DNA from: Oscillospiraceae bacterium
Lineage (GTDB): Bacteria; Bacillota; Clostridia; Oscillospirales; SIG627
Reading direction: 5' to 3'
Assembly (NCBI GenBank): GCA_015065325.1
Contig: SVQO01000008.1
Coordinates: 7,840-71,839 of the forward strand
DNA: 64,000 bases
Shown here piece after piece: positions 33,245 through 42,601 of the stretch. A program made the position numbers and the translations under genes. How positions within the stretch are numbered: position 1 is the first letter of the stretch; each line of letters begins with the position of its first letter. A model generated the notes under the pieces. The model did no database searches, was not told the origin of the DNA, and saw only the letters and a program-made list of their open reading frames with translations.

Positions 33245-34486
33245 ATGAAAACAAAAGCAGTTCGCCTTTATGGTGAAAATGATTTGCGTTTGGAAGAATT
33301 TGAATTGCCGGAACTGAAAAACGGCGAGATTCTCATCAAGATCATTTCCGACAGCGTTTGTATGTCTACCTACAAGACTGTGAAACAGGGCGCAAAACAT
33401 TTGCGTGTACCGGACAATGTAGCAGAAAAGCCTGTGATCATCGGCCACGAATTCTGCGCGGAAGTTGTGGAAGTTACGGATAAATGGAAAGATCAATTTC
33501 ACGTGGGAGATAAGGTGGCTATGCCTCCTGTGCTGTCCTATCTTGGCGGTATGCAGACCGTTGGTTATTCCTTCGGCGAGATCGGCGGCGTTTCTACATA
33601 TTCTATTGTTTATGAGCACATCATTGAAAACGGATATCTGATGAAGCTGGATAGTGACTGTTTCTTCAAGGGATCGCTGATCGAGCCTGCTTCCTGCGTA
33701 CTCCGGGGTTATAAGGGGAGTATGCATTTAGATACCGACGGCGTTCCTTATACAAATCTCAGATCCGGCGGCAAGGTGGCCATTCTGGCAGGCTGCGGTC
33801 CTATGGGCCTTGTAGCCATCGACCTGGCTATCCACGGCACCGTGAAGCCCTCCGTTGTGGTGGTCACCGATCTGGACGAGAATCGTCTTGCCAGAGCGGA
33901 GGAAATCTTCTGTCCTGAAAAGGCTGCACAGGACGGCATCAACCTGATCTTCAGCAATTCCACCCATGCCGATGAGCTGATTGCGCTGGCGGGCGGAGAA
34001 TTTGATGATGTGTTTGTGTATGCCCCTGTTCCGGCGGTTGTGGAACTGGGTGATGAAATTCTGGGCTTTGACGGCTGCCTAAATTTCTTTGCAGGTCCGC
34101 TGGATCAGAGGTTCAGCGCAAAGTTCAATTTCTACAATGTCCACTACAAGCAGCATCATGTGTCCGGAACCAGCGGCAGCACCATAGAGGATATGCAGGA
34201 TATTGTACGCCTGATTAGCCAGCAGAAGATTGATCCTGCGGTAATGATTACCCATATCGGCGGTATCGATGCAGCGATTGATACTACCATACATCTGCCC
34301 CAGATCCCCGGCGGCAAAAAGCTGATCTATACCCATATCAACTTGCCCCTGACTGCCATTGCTGATTTTGCTGCTTTGGGAGAAACAGATGACCGGTTCA
34401 AGGCCCTCGATACCCTTGTAAAGGAAGGTAACGGCTTGTGGAATGCAAGAGCCGAAAAATATTTCCTGGAGAATTTTGGAGGTTAA
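33245..34486 (+). CDS. Zinc-binding dehydrogenase, sorbose-1-phosphate-reductase-like MDR (413 aa)
   Basis: 'ISDSVCMSTYK', 'IGHEFCAEVVEV' and 'ILAGCGPMG'. Confidence 0.6.
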   Translation: MKTKAVRLYGENDLRLEEFELPELKNGEILIKIISDSVCMSTYKTVKQGAKHLRVPDNVAEKPVIIGHEFCAEVVEVTDKWKDQFHVGDKVAMPPVLSYLGGMQTVGYSFGEIGGVSTYSIVYEHIIENGYLMKLDSDCFFKGSLIEPASCVLRGYKGSMHLDTDGVPYTNLRSGGKVAILAGCGPMGLVAIDLAIHGTVKPSVVVVTDLDENRLARAEEIFCPEKAAQDGINLIFSNSTHADELIALAGGEFDDVFVYAPVPAVVELGDEILGFDGCLNFFAGPLDQRFSAKFNFYNVHYKQHHVSGTSGSTIEDMQDIVRLISQQKIDPAVMITHIGGIDAAIDTTIHLPQIPGGKKLIYTHINLPLTAIADFAALGETDDRFKALDTLVKEGNGLWNARAEKYFLENFGG

Positions 34487-34488
34487 CT

Positions 34489-35568
34489 ATGAATTTACCG
34501 AATCATATTTTCAGCGGAAATTGGAAAGAGGGACATGTGCAGGGAATTGCCGTGGATACGCAGCGGGGTTTTGTATATTACTCGTTCACCACGATCCTTT
34601 TGAAGACTGATTTGCAGGGAAATCCTCTTGCCAGCGTTAAGAATATCATTGGTCATCTTGGCTGCATTGCCTTTGACAAGGAAGCAAACCGAGTGTATGG
34701 CTCTCTGGAATTGAAACATGATATTATCGGCAGAGGAATTATGGAGCGGACCGGCATAGAATTGGCGGAGGAAGATGCCTTCTATTTAGTGTCTTTTGAC
34801 TTGAGCAAGCTGGATCGCATGGAGATGGATGCAGAAAAGGACGGCATTATGCAGGCGGTCTATGTACGGGATGTGGTCCGGGATTACAGTGAAAAGGACG
34901 ACCTGACCGGACTGCCGGGACGCTATGGCTGTGGCGGTATGGACGGCGTTTCCATTGGACCGATCTTTGGTGCAGATGCGGATAGTCCCAGAAAACTGTT
35001 CCTTGCGGAAGGAATTAAAAAAGAGCTTGACCGCAGCGACAACGATCATCAGGTGTTGCTGCAGTACGATCTTTCTATCTTTGATACCTATGGTCAGCCC
35101 CTGACTCAGCTGCAACCCCATCATAACGGACCAGAAAGCTGCGAAGAGAGATATTTCTTCTACACAGGCAATACCAATTGGGGAATTCAAAACTTAGAAT
35201 ATGATCCCTATACTCGCTACTGGTTTACAGCCGTTTATCCGGGCGCAAAGCCGGAATTTGAAAACTTCCGTATGTTTGCCATTGATGGTGCAATCCCTGC
35301 AAAGAAAGCACCCCTAGAAGGCAGACCGGGAGAAACGGGATTGCTTCTGACTTCTGCCAAAATCGGAGAGGGACAGAAAGACGGCAGGATCTACGGCTCT
35401 CACCTGAAATGGGGTTCTACAGGAATTGCATCCCTTGGAAACGGAGAATTCTACATCTCCCATCACGGAATGATCAAGGAGCAAGCGCTGCATTTCTCCA
35501 ATCTGAAGCTGTATTACTTTGATCCTGAACACCCTGAGTGGTTCCGCAAAAAATATGAAGTTTTGTGA
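34489..35568 (+). CDS. Hypothetical protein (possible beta-propeller), 359 aa
   Basis: ATG at 34489 after GGAGG, 2 nt past the previous stop. I recognise no family. Confidence 0.5.
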   Translation: MNLPNHIFSGNWKEGHVQGIAVDTQRGFVYYSFTTILLKTDLQGNPLASVKNIIGHLGCIAFDKEANRVYGSLELKHDIIGRGIMERTGIELAEEDAFYLVSFDLSKLDRMEMDAEKDGIMQAVYVRDVVRDYSEKDDLTGLPGRYGCGGMDGVSIGPIFGADADSPRKLFLAEGIKKELDRSDNDHQVLLQYDLSIFDTYGQPLTQLQPHHNGPESCEERYFFYTGNTNWGIQNLEYDPYTRYWFTAVYPGAKPEFENFRMFAIDGAIPAKKAPLEGRPGETGLLLTSAKIGEGQKDGRIYGSHLKWGSTGIASLGNGEFYISHHGMIKEQALHFSNLKLYYFDPEHPEWFRKKYEVL

Positions 35569-35640
35569 TAATAACAACAACCGGGTTCAGGCATTTTGCC
35601 TGAGCCCGGCTTTCTGTATTTTACGGATAGCATTTGTATA

Positions 35641-35760
35641 TTATGCTGCAGCATCTAACATATTTTCAATAAAAATACCATACCCGGTAGTCGGATCGTT
35701 CACAAGGACATGGGTCACGGCGCCCACCAGCTTTCCGTCTTGGAGAATGGGGCTGCCGCA
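35641..35760 (-). pseudogene. Second, diverged copy of the spoIVB 3' end
   Basis: It encodes ..[38 protein letters not shown]. No start codon. It lies between the two AT-richer islets. Confidence 0.75.
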
Positions 35761-35789
35761 CACACACGTGTCAATATAGGACCAACCAT

Positions 35790-37820
35790 TCAGAATTGAA
35801 CGAAAAATTCATCCGTTACATCTATACCGTTTCGTAAAATCACGCAGTTTACCAATTTCTCGTTTTTGATCTCGGCTTCAACCGTGATTCCGCCTTTTGC
35901 CGCTAATTTAAAGGAGACGTCGGTGGTGTGGGGGAATGCGGGCAATAGATGAATGGTATTACCCTCTGCTTGCAAAAGCATATCGTTTACGGCAGAGATG
36001 AAAATCCCTGCGGCGGTTGAAAACCAAGGGCGGTTCCGTCGGACCGGCTCATTGATTTCAAACAATTCGCCAAAAACTCCGGCAGATGGATAGACCTGCT
36101 TCAGGGCTTTGTAAGCGTTTTCTGCCATTTTTGCTCTGGCATATCCTAATGCTTTCCAACAGGCATACCACGGTGAAATGTTGTTCCCCACCGGATACAT
36201 ATTCCCGTAGGCGCGCCCATTTATTTCGAAATCTTCCCAGGCGCAGAGCATTTTCTCATCAGAATCATTTAAAAGGTCAAAGGGAAATTTGCCGGCGAAA
36301 ACTGCAATGCTTTTTTGCTTGCAGTTCAAGTGCGGAACATACATTCCGTTTTCTGCCGGCAAATTTTCATAAAGTTTTTTAGAGATATAGGCACACTCGG
36401 CTGAATATTTTTCGTCTGTTTCCAATATGTCGGCGGCTTTTTTGCAACATTGAAGGAGCTTAATGGCGCCGCAGGCAGTCATAAACGGATTTTGTATGGA
36501 GGAGCCAAGCCGTTCGAGATCGGTGCATTTTCCGATATAATATTGATCGCCGTCTTTATACAGCATATGCTTTGTGATAAATTTTGAACAAGCACGAATC
36601 ATGGGATAACAGTCTCTCAAAAAATCAACGTCTTTTGAATATTCATAGTATTCGAATGCGCCAATACCCACGAGAGGGATATGAAAAATATGATCCAACC
36701 AGTGCCCTTCCGCTGCCAGTTCAATTCGATCAATTTCTCCTGTTTGCCAATGAAAACGAGCCATATCTTCTGTCTCGGTGGTTCGATGGGAATCACTTGC
36801 CCGATGGATCGCCACATCCAAACAAACGTTCTTTCTGTATAGTGGCACTCTTTTGGCAAGCTCCAATCGGTTTGCACTCAATAGACCATAATAAGAGGTA
36901 TATTCATCAAACGCAAAGTAGCGCCCATCCCAACTTCCGTTATTGAACCCTACCGCGATGGATGCTTTCGTGGTGTTGCATTTAACCGAATAAAGCGACG
37001 TTTTATAAATGGAGTTAAGCTTTTCATCTGCGGTTTTTACATATCCAAGCTTGTAGAAGGAATCATAATGATCTGTGCATTCCTTTAGCAAACCCTCAAA
37101 GCCAAGCGCGTCAATGGTTTGTTTGTATTGATGGAGCACCTCTCTAAAATCGGCTTTTTCCATATCATCTTCAAGATAATAGTAAAAGGTTACGGTTTCG
37201 CCCGCAGATGCCGAAAAGGAAATTTGAGCACCGGTGTCGGTGAGATTTACAGAAAAATCTTTATCAACAAAGAAATGAATTTCGCCGGTAAAAACATCCA
37301 TTCCATACATTTTAAAGCCGATGCAACAAATGTTTTCATGCTTCTTCGTATATAAAACTTGCATATACCGGCTGATGCTTTCATTATATCCGCAAAGGGT
37401 TACTTCGTATGCGAATTCCCTTGTGCCGGAGATGTTTTCAAATGTTTTTTGAAGAGCATAGATATTATGAGAGGGGTGAATAAAGCCTTTTGAACGGATG
37501 GTTGCCCCACTTTCATATAAGCACTCGCTTTCAAAAAAGCCATTTTCAACGTTCAGCTCCTGTGTCCATTGCTCGAGGGAGCTTCCCTCGCGGAACGTAA
37601 ATTTTCCAAAGGGAAACAGCCGCGCCCGAACGTCGTTGCACATTGCGCTTCTTCTTCCGTAGTGAACAACGATTCCGTCGAAGGCTCGAACTCCTTTCTT
37701 TTTATAATCATCGAAGGTATAGCCGAGCATTCCTTCTGCATCCGCCGCAAAAGAAATATCGCCGTTGGAAAGCATTGGCGGGAAATAGCAATTTTTGTTT
37801 TCCTCACTATGATAAGTCAT
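35790..37820 (-). CDS. Hypothetical protein, putative (alpha/alpha)6-barrel glycoside hydrolase
   Basis: A large soluble protein paired with a divergent AraC regulator. Its C-terminal half has the helix-rich, W/Y-rich composition of six-hairpin glycosidases. No specific family motif was recognised. Confidence 0.35.
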   Translation of the reverse strand: MTYHSEENKNCYFPPMLSNGDISFAADAEGMLGYTFDDYKKKGVRAFDGIVVHYGRRSAMCNDVRARLFPFGKFTFREGSSLEQWTQELNVENGFFESECLYESGATIRSKGFIHPSHNIYALQKTFENISGTREFAYEVTLCGYNESISRYMQVLYTKKHENICCIGFKMYGMDVFTGEIHFFVDKDFSVNLTDTGAQISFSASAGETVTFYYYLEDDMEKADFREVLHQYKQTIDALGFEGLLKECTDHYDSFYKLGYVKTADEKLNSIYKTSLYSVKCNTTKASIAVGFNNGSWDGRYFAFDEYTSYYGLLSANRLELAKRVPLYRKNVCLDVAIHRASDSHRTTETEDMARFHWQTGEIDRIELAAEGHWLDHIFHIPLVGIGAFEYYEYSKDVDFLRDCYPMIRACSKFITKHMLYKDGDQYYIGKCTDLERLGSSIQNPFMTACGAIKLLQCCKKAADILETDEKYSAECAYISKKLYENLPAENGMYVPHLNCKQKSIAVFAGKFPFDLLNDSDEKMLCAWEDFEINGRAYGNMYPVGNNISPWYACWKALGYARAKMAENAYKALKQVYPSAGVFGELFEINEPVRRNRPWFSTAAGIFISAVNDMLLQAEGNTIHLLPAFPHTTDVSFKLAAKGGITVEAEIKNEKLVNCVILRNGIDVTDEFFVQF

Positions 37821-37988
37821 AATATTTACCATCCTTTTCCGAGTTATCTTTTATTTTATGATAAAACGAAACTTTTAAGAAATCAATTGGTTAATTACTC
37901 AAAAGATTATTCAAATTACGCATTTTGATTGACTTATCGAAGAAAACAATATATGCTTTATATAAAGCTGTTTAGGGAGTGAAAAGCT

Positions 37989-38774
37989 ATGCCGATGTTT
38001 CTGAAGAAGTTTACAAATGCAGATAGAAATTTATTCGTAACGGAATTCGGGCACAGTATGTATACAGAATCCAAACGGGTAGGTCCGTGGTCCCGAGGAA
38101 TCTATATTTTACACTTTGTTTCAAGGGGATATTGCGAATTTTCGGGGTTCAAAGCGGAAGCAGGGCAGGCTTTTTTAATTGCAAAAGAACATCTGCATTC
38201 GTTTACCACCAGCGAGGATTATGAGCATTATTGGATTGGTATTTTAGGAGACTCATTGGAAAAAATCTTTGAAGGATTTAAGATAGGATATAAGAGCCAT
38301 CAGCTGTTTTGGGTAGAAAACATTGATTTTGTTAAAACACTCTTTGCTACCGCGTCCGAAAACCTGCAAAGCGGGGCGCCTGAGTTTGCCGATTCGTATG
38401 TGCTTTCTATATTTACCGCGGTTCTTCCGTTGTTAAAATCTGATGCTCAATCATCTATGCATTACAAAATCAACTATGCGGAAAGGGTGAAGATCTTTAT
38501 TGAAACCAATTACTCATATCCGATTAAAATGAGTGATATTGCAAAAGAGATGCATTTATCCGAAAAGCATATGTATCGTTTGTTTATGAATCGATTTGGT
38601 ATTTCGCCCCAAAAGTACCTTGTAAAAACCCGTATGGAGGCAGCGAAAGAATTGCTTTTGAAAAAGCAATTATCGGTAAAAGAGATTGCATATATCGTCG
38701 GATATACATCCCTGCCGACTTTCTCAAAAAAATATTCAGATTACTTTGGCGTTAGTCCATCCAAGTACCAATAA
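37989..38774 (+). CDS. AraC-family transcriptional regulator (AraC-3)
   Basis: 'IAKEMHLSEKHMYRLFMNRFGISPQKYLVKTRMEAAKELL...IAYIVGYTSLPTFSKKYSDYFGVSPSKY'. Confidence 0.8.
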   Translation: MPMFLKKFTNADRNLFVTEFGHSMYTESKRVGPWSRGIYILHFVSRGYCEFSGFKAEAGQAFLIAKEHLHSFTTSEDYEHYWIGILGDSLEKIFEGFKIGYKSHQLFWVENIDFVKTLFATASENLQSGAPEFADSYVLSIFTAVLPLLKSDAQSSMHYKINYAERVKIFIETNYSYPIKMSDIAKEMHLSEKHMYRLFMNRFGISPQKYLVKTRMEAAKELLLKKQLSVKEIAYIVGYTSLPTFSKKYSDYFGVSPSKYQ

Positions 38775-38872
38775 AATGCTCACCGCGAGATAGCGGTGAG
38801 CATTTTATTTCTTGTAGGGAACGTCACAAAGGCCGTTCCCTACCTTTTCGCAGCAATTTGCTGCTGTTTTTT

Positions 38873-40045
38873 TTATTCCGGCATATTGGAGAGCATATTT
38901 TCGATAAAGATTCCGTAGCCGCGGGTGGGGTCGCCCACCAAAACGTGGGTCACCGCACCGATGAGCTTGCCGTTTTGAATGATGGGGGACCCGCTCATTC
39001 CCTGAACGATGCCGCCCGTCATTTTTAGAAGTGCGGGATCGGTAATGCGAAGGACAAAGTTTTTGCTGTCCCGATCCTTTCCGATGATTTCTTCGATTTC
39101 GATTTCGTATTCTTTCTTGCCGCTGCCGTCCAGTGTGCAGAGGATGGACGCTTTCCCGGGCTTCACTTGATTTTTCAGGCCGATGGGAATGCTTTTTCCG
39201 CCCTTGGGCGTTTTTTCATCCAGGATGCCGTAGACGCCTTGAGGAGAGTTGGAGGTCAGGACGCCTACGTTGGACTGCTCCAGACTTCCTTTCAACTCTC
39301 CCGGTGAGCCTTCGCCACCCTTGGTGATGCTTTCCACCTGTGCGTGGCAAACACTGCCCGACCCAAAGGGAAAGGGAATTCCCGTTTCCGAGTCGCAGAC
39401 GGGATGGCCGAGTCCGCCGAAGGCACCCGTTTTCGGGTCTATGAAGGTAACGGTGCCGATGCCTGCCGCACCGTCCCGTACCCAAAGCCCTGCCCGATAC
39501 CCTGCCGCGTCCGCAGACAGAGCGGGCGTCAGAGTCAGCTCCAGGGCTTCCTCGCCCCGTTCCACCGTCAGACGAATGCTTTTTCCTTCGCTTTTCGCGA
39601 TAATCTTGGAAAAGGTGGCGGCACTTTTCAGCTCCATTCCGTCAGCCTTCAGGATTACGTCTCCCTTTTTCAGACCTGCATCCTTACCCGGGGAAACGCT
39701 TTTGTCCCCCGTTTTGATGCTGTCAATGCCCGTTACCAAAAGACCGCGGGTCTCCATACGGAGGCCGAACAGATCGCCTCCGCAGAGAAGCTCCGTTTTT
39801 TCATAGTAATTTAAGGAAACCTCCTTAACGGGAATGACCCCGAAGGCGAGGACCTGTCCCTGCGCGGGAATGGCTCCGTTTTCCTCACTTTCGCAGGAAA
39901 AGCAAAGCACGCTCTCCGGCGTTTCACCGGTAAAAAGGCTTACGGTGTCGGGGTAAAGGTAGTCTCCCAGCCCGACCAGATTTAAGAATACAAAGAAAAG
40001 AATCATCACAAAGGACAAAGAAGCTTTTGCGATTTTTCTGATCAT
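38873..40045 (-). CDS. spoIVB: Stage IV sporulation protein B, S55 signalling peptidase (PDZ + peptidase)
   Basis: N-terminal TM, PDZ domain 'GLKKGDVILKADGMEL', 'GIGTVTFIDPKTGAFGGLGH' and catalytic 'GMSGSPII'. The ATG at 40045 was chosen because the upstream extension has no support. Confidence 0.8.
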   Translation of the reverse strand: MIRKIAKASLSFVMILFFVFLNLVGLGDYLYPDTVSLFTGETPESVLCFSCESEENGAIPAQGQVLAFGVIPVKEVSLNYYEKTELLCGGDLFGLRMETRGLLVTGIDSIKTGDKSVSPGKDAGLKKGDVILKADGMELKSAATFSKIIAKSEGKSIRLTVERGEEALELTLTPALSADAAGYRAGLWVRDGAAGIGTVTFIDPKTGAFGGLGHPVCDSETGIPFPFGSGSVCHAQVESITKGGEGSPGELKGSLEQSNVGVLTSNSPQGVYGILDEKTPKGGKSIPIGLKNQVKPGKASILCTLDGSGKKEYEIEIEEIIGKDRDSKNFVLRITDPALLKMTGGIVQGMSGSPIIQNGKLIGAVTHVLVGDPTRGYGIFIENMLSNMPE

Positions 40046-40241
40046 GATGTGCTCCCGGTTGTTTTTGTCTTTTTCAGACAGGTTTAATTTGCGCAAAATA
40101 AGAGAAAATATGTTGTAATAAAATCGGTTTTGCAAAGAGTTTCTTCCAAAGAATCTGACGGGAAAATTTGGATTGTTATTGAAATGCGTTTCGATATGTG
40201 ATACAATAAATAAAAGTATTCGTTTGATGTGCGGAGGAAAT

Positions 40242-40793
40242 ATGGCAAATAACGGAAATGAATTTTTACCCAATTACGTAGAGCATTTGGTTCCTTTGCA
40301 GGAAAAGAAATACGTCACTCCCAAAAAGCTGGGGATCATTGCTCTTGCCATTGTTTTGACTCTGGGAGTGATCGCCGCCACCATTTTGTCCAATTTGCAG
40401 CTCCTGGGCGGTTTGATCTTCTTCTTGCTTTTGGGCATTGCGGTCCTGGTCTGGTACTTGTGGCGCTTCGTATCCATTGAGTATGAATATACCATTCTGG
40501 GCGGAGAGATCTCCTTTGAAGCCATTTACGGCAGAAGACAGAGAAAGCCCTATTACAGTGCCCAGCTCAAGCGCATCGAGAAGCTTGCCCCCGTTGGCGG
40601 AAAGTTCGTTTCGAAGGCGGATTTTCAGGGTGTTACCCGCGAGGTGTTCTGTGCGGCGAAAATGAATAACCCGAAAACCTGGTACGCCATTGTTAAAGAG
40701 GAAAACGGGGATAAGACCCTTTTATTCTTTGAGGTGACGGAAAAGGCGGAGAAAGCCCTCCGTTTTTACAACGGCAGAGCCTTCTTCGGATAA
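40242..40793 (+). CDS. Hypothetical two-TM membrane protein
   Basis: GGAGG lies 5 nt before the ATG. Two hydrophobic helices are followed by a soluble domain. Confidence 0.55.
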   Translation: MANNGNEFLPNYVEHLVPLQEKKYVTPKKLGIIALAIVLTLGVIAATILSNLQLLGGLIFFLLLGIAVLVWYLWRFVSIEYEYTILGGEISFEAIYGRRQRKPYYSAQLKRIEKLAPVGGKFVSKADFQGVTREVFCAAKMNNPKTWYAIVKEENGDKTLLFFEVTEKAEKALRFYNGRAFFG

Positions 40794-40870
40794 TTTTTTC
40801 AGTTAATTTTCACACAGTATTCATTTTTAATCGTTATAATCGAAGCAGTTTCAAGAAAGGAGACTCTTTT

Positions 40871-42262
40871 ATGTTTGATAATAATCCCTTCCCCGGCTCC
40901 GATCAGAAGCCTGAGGGAATGAATGACAATCCCGTACAGCAGGAAAACGGTTCCGCTCAGCCCGAGCCCGAGCAGCAGGCAACGTATCAGCAGACGTCCT
41001 ATCAGCAGACGCCTCCTCCCAATTTCGGAGCACCTTACGGAATGCCCCCCACGCCGCCCCAGCCTCCCAAAAAGCCTAAGAATAAGCTGGTCGGCTGGAT
41101 CATTGCGCTGGCAGTTTTGTATTTTCTGATGCTGGCGGGCATTTTCGTTGCCATCGGAACGGGCGTGCTGAACTCTGCCGATAGCGGCAAGGAAACGGAG
41201 AAGAACGCGGCTCAGGGAAATGCCGATGCCGATGACAATGGCAAAAAGACCTCGGAAAAGAACGAGGGCGAAAAAACGAAAGAAGACAAGAAGGATAATC
41301 CTCCTCTTGAGCCAAATACGCTGAAGGAGGATCCCGAGGCGATGACCGCCACGGAGCTTTATAAAGAAAACGTTGAAAGTGTCGTATTCGTAGAAGCCAA
41401 TTATGCCAGAGGTCAAGCAACCGGCTCAGGCTTTGTCATCGATGCGAAGAACGGCTATATTCTCACCAACTATCACGTGGTGGAGGAGAGCGATGATATT
41501 GCCGTCACCTTCTCTAACTCCGACAGCTACGACGCGGAGCTGATCGCAGGCGACGAGATCAACGACGTTGCCGTATTGCAGATCAAGGCAGAGGATCTGA
41601 CCGCCGTTTATATCGGCGATTCCGACTCTATTTTGATCGGTGATGACGTTCTGGTCATCGGTAATCCTCTGGGAGATCTGACCTTTACTTTGACCCGCGG
41701 TGTTGTTTCCGGCACGGAGCGTGATATCAATACGGGCGAATACACCATCAATACCTTCCAGACCGACGCTGCCATCAACTCAGGCAACTCCGGCGGTCCT
41801 GCATTCAACGCCACCGGCGAGGTGATCGGTATTGCTTCCGCGAAATACGCCGCCACCGGCGTAGAGGGAATCGGCTTCTGCATTCCCATCAACGATGCTA
41901 TGGCAATCGCCGAGGATCTGATCGAGTTCGGCTACGTGAAGGGAAGACCTAACTTCGGTATTTCCGTTTCCGACTCTCCCGGATATGAATACGTCACCGA
42001 CGAGCGCGGCAGACGCGTTTTGGTGGAGACCGCTTACGGTGCCCGCATCGAAGAAGTGGGTAAGGATTCCTGTGCCGCCGATGCCGGTCTGAAGCCCGGT
42101 GACATCGTAACCAAGCTGGATAAAACCAAAATTGAAAATGCCAACGATCTGATCAACGCCAAAAACCAGCACAAGGCAGGCGATACCGTAACCCTTGAGG
42201 TTTACCGTGACGGTGAGACCATCGAGCTGGAAGTTACTCTGGACGAATATTCCCCCGAATAA
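40871..42262 (+). CDS. HtrA/DegP-family S1C serine protease with C-terminal PDZ
   Basis: A Q/P-rich N-terminus and a TM, then 'TNYHVV', 'NDVAVLQI', 'NSGNSGGPAFN' and the PDZ motif 'GLKPGDIVTKLD'. Confidence 0.85.
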   Translation: MFDNNPFPGSDQKPEGMNDNPVQQENGSAQPEPEQQATYQQTSYQQTPPPNFGAPYGMPPTPPQPPKKPKNKLVGWIIALAVLYFLMLAGIFVAIGTGVLNSADSGKETEKNAAQGNADADDNGKKTSEKNEGEKTKEDKKDNPPLEPNTLKEDPEAMTATELYKENVESVVFVEANYARGQATGSGFVIDAKNGYILTNYHVVEESDDIAVTFSNSDSYDAELIAGDEINDVAVLQIKAEDLTAVYIGDSDSILIGDDVLVIGNPLGDLTFTLTRGVVSGTERDINTGEYTINTFQTDAAINSGNSGGPAFNATGEVIGIASAKYAATGVEGIGFCIPINDAMAIAEDLIEFGYVKGRPNFGISVSDSPGYEYVTDERGRRVLVETAYGARIEEVGKDSCAADAGLKPGDIVTKLDKTKIENANDLINAKNQHKAGDTVTLEVYRDGETIELEVTLDEYSPE

Positions 42263-42348
42263 TTGCTTTGTAAAATCCGCTGCAGCTTCGTCAAGGTGCG
42301 ATAAATTGCTCAGTCATTTACAGTAGTAAACTCCTTCGCAATTTTCTT

Positions 42349-42510
42349 CCTTTCCTCGCTTCGCAGGATTTTACTTCGCAATTCGGCTGCGGCTTTGTCA
42401 GGACATCGAAAAAAACTCGGTTATTTGCGTTTAGCAAACGCCCTCGTTTTTTTCTCGCCTTCCTCGTCTCGCACAAATTTACTTCGCAATTCGGCTACGG
42501 CTTTGTCAAG
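42349..42510. repeat. Two ~55-bp direct repeats in the htrA/GH2 convergent spacer
   Basis: 42349-42402 matches 42456-42510. The core TTTACTTCGCAATTCGGCT(G/A)CGGCTTTGTCA (42370-42400 and 42478-42508) differs at 1 base. A partial inverted match, GTAAAATCC, is at 42270. Confidence 0.8.
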
Positions 42511-42566
42511 CCTTGGAGCAAAAGTTTTTCGCTTCCTTTTTTCAAAAAGGAAGGAGACCAAAAAAC

Positions 42567-42598
42567 AAAAGAGACCTTCGGGAGAAGGTCTCTTTTTT
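42567..42598. terminator. Bidirectional intrinsic terminator
   Basis: AAAA-GAGACCTTC-GGGA-GAAGGTCTC-TTTTTT, 3 nt from the GH2 stop. Confidence 0.8.
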
Positions 42599-42601
42599 CG
42601 T

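Noticed and set aside
40046-40273. Upstream extension of spoIVB (ORF track start at 40273)
   Set aside because: The extension overlaps the divergent gene's start region and has no RBS. The ATG at 40045 yields the expected N-terminal TM helix.
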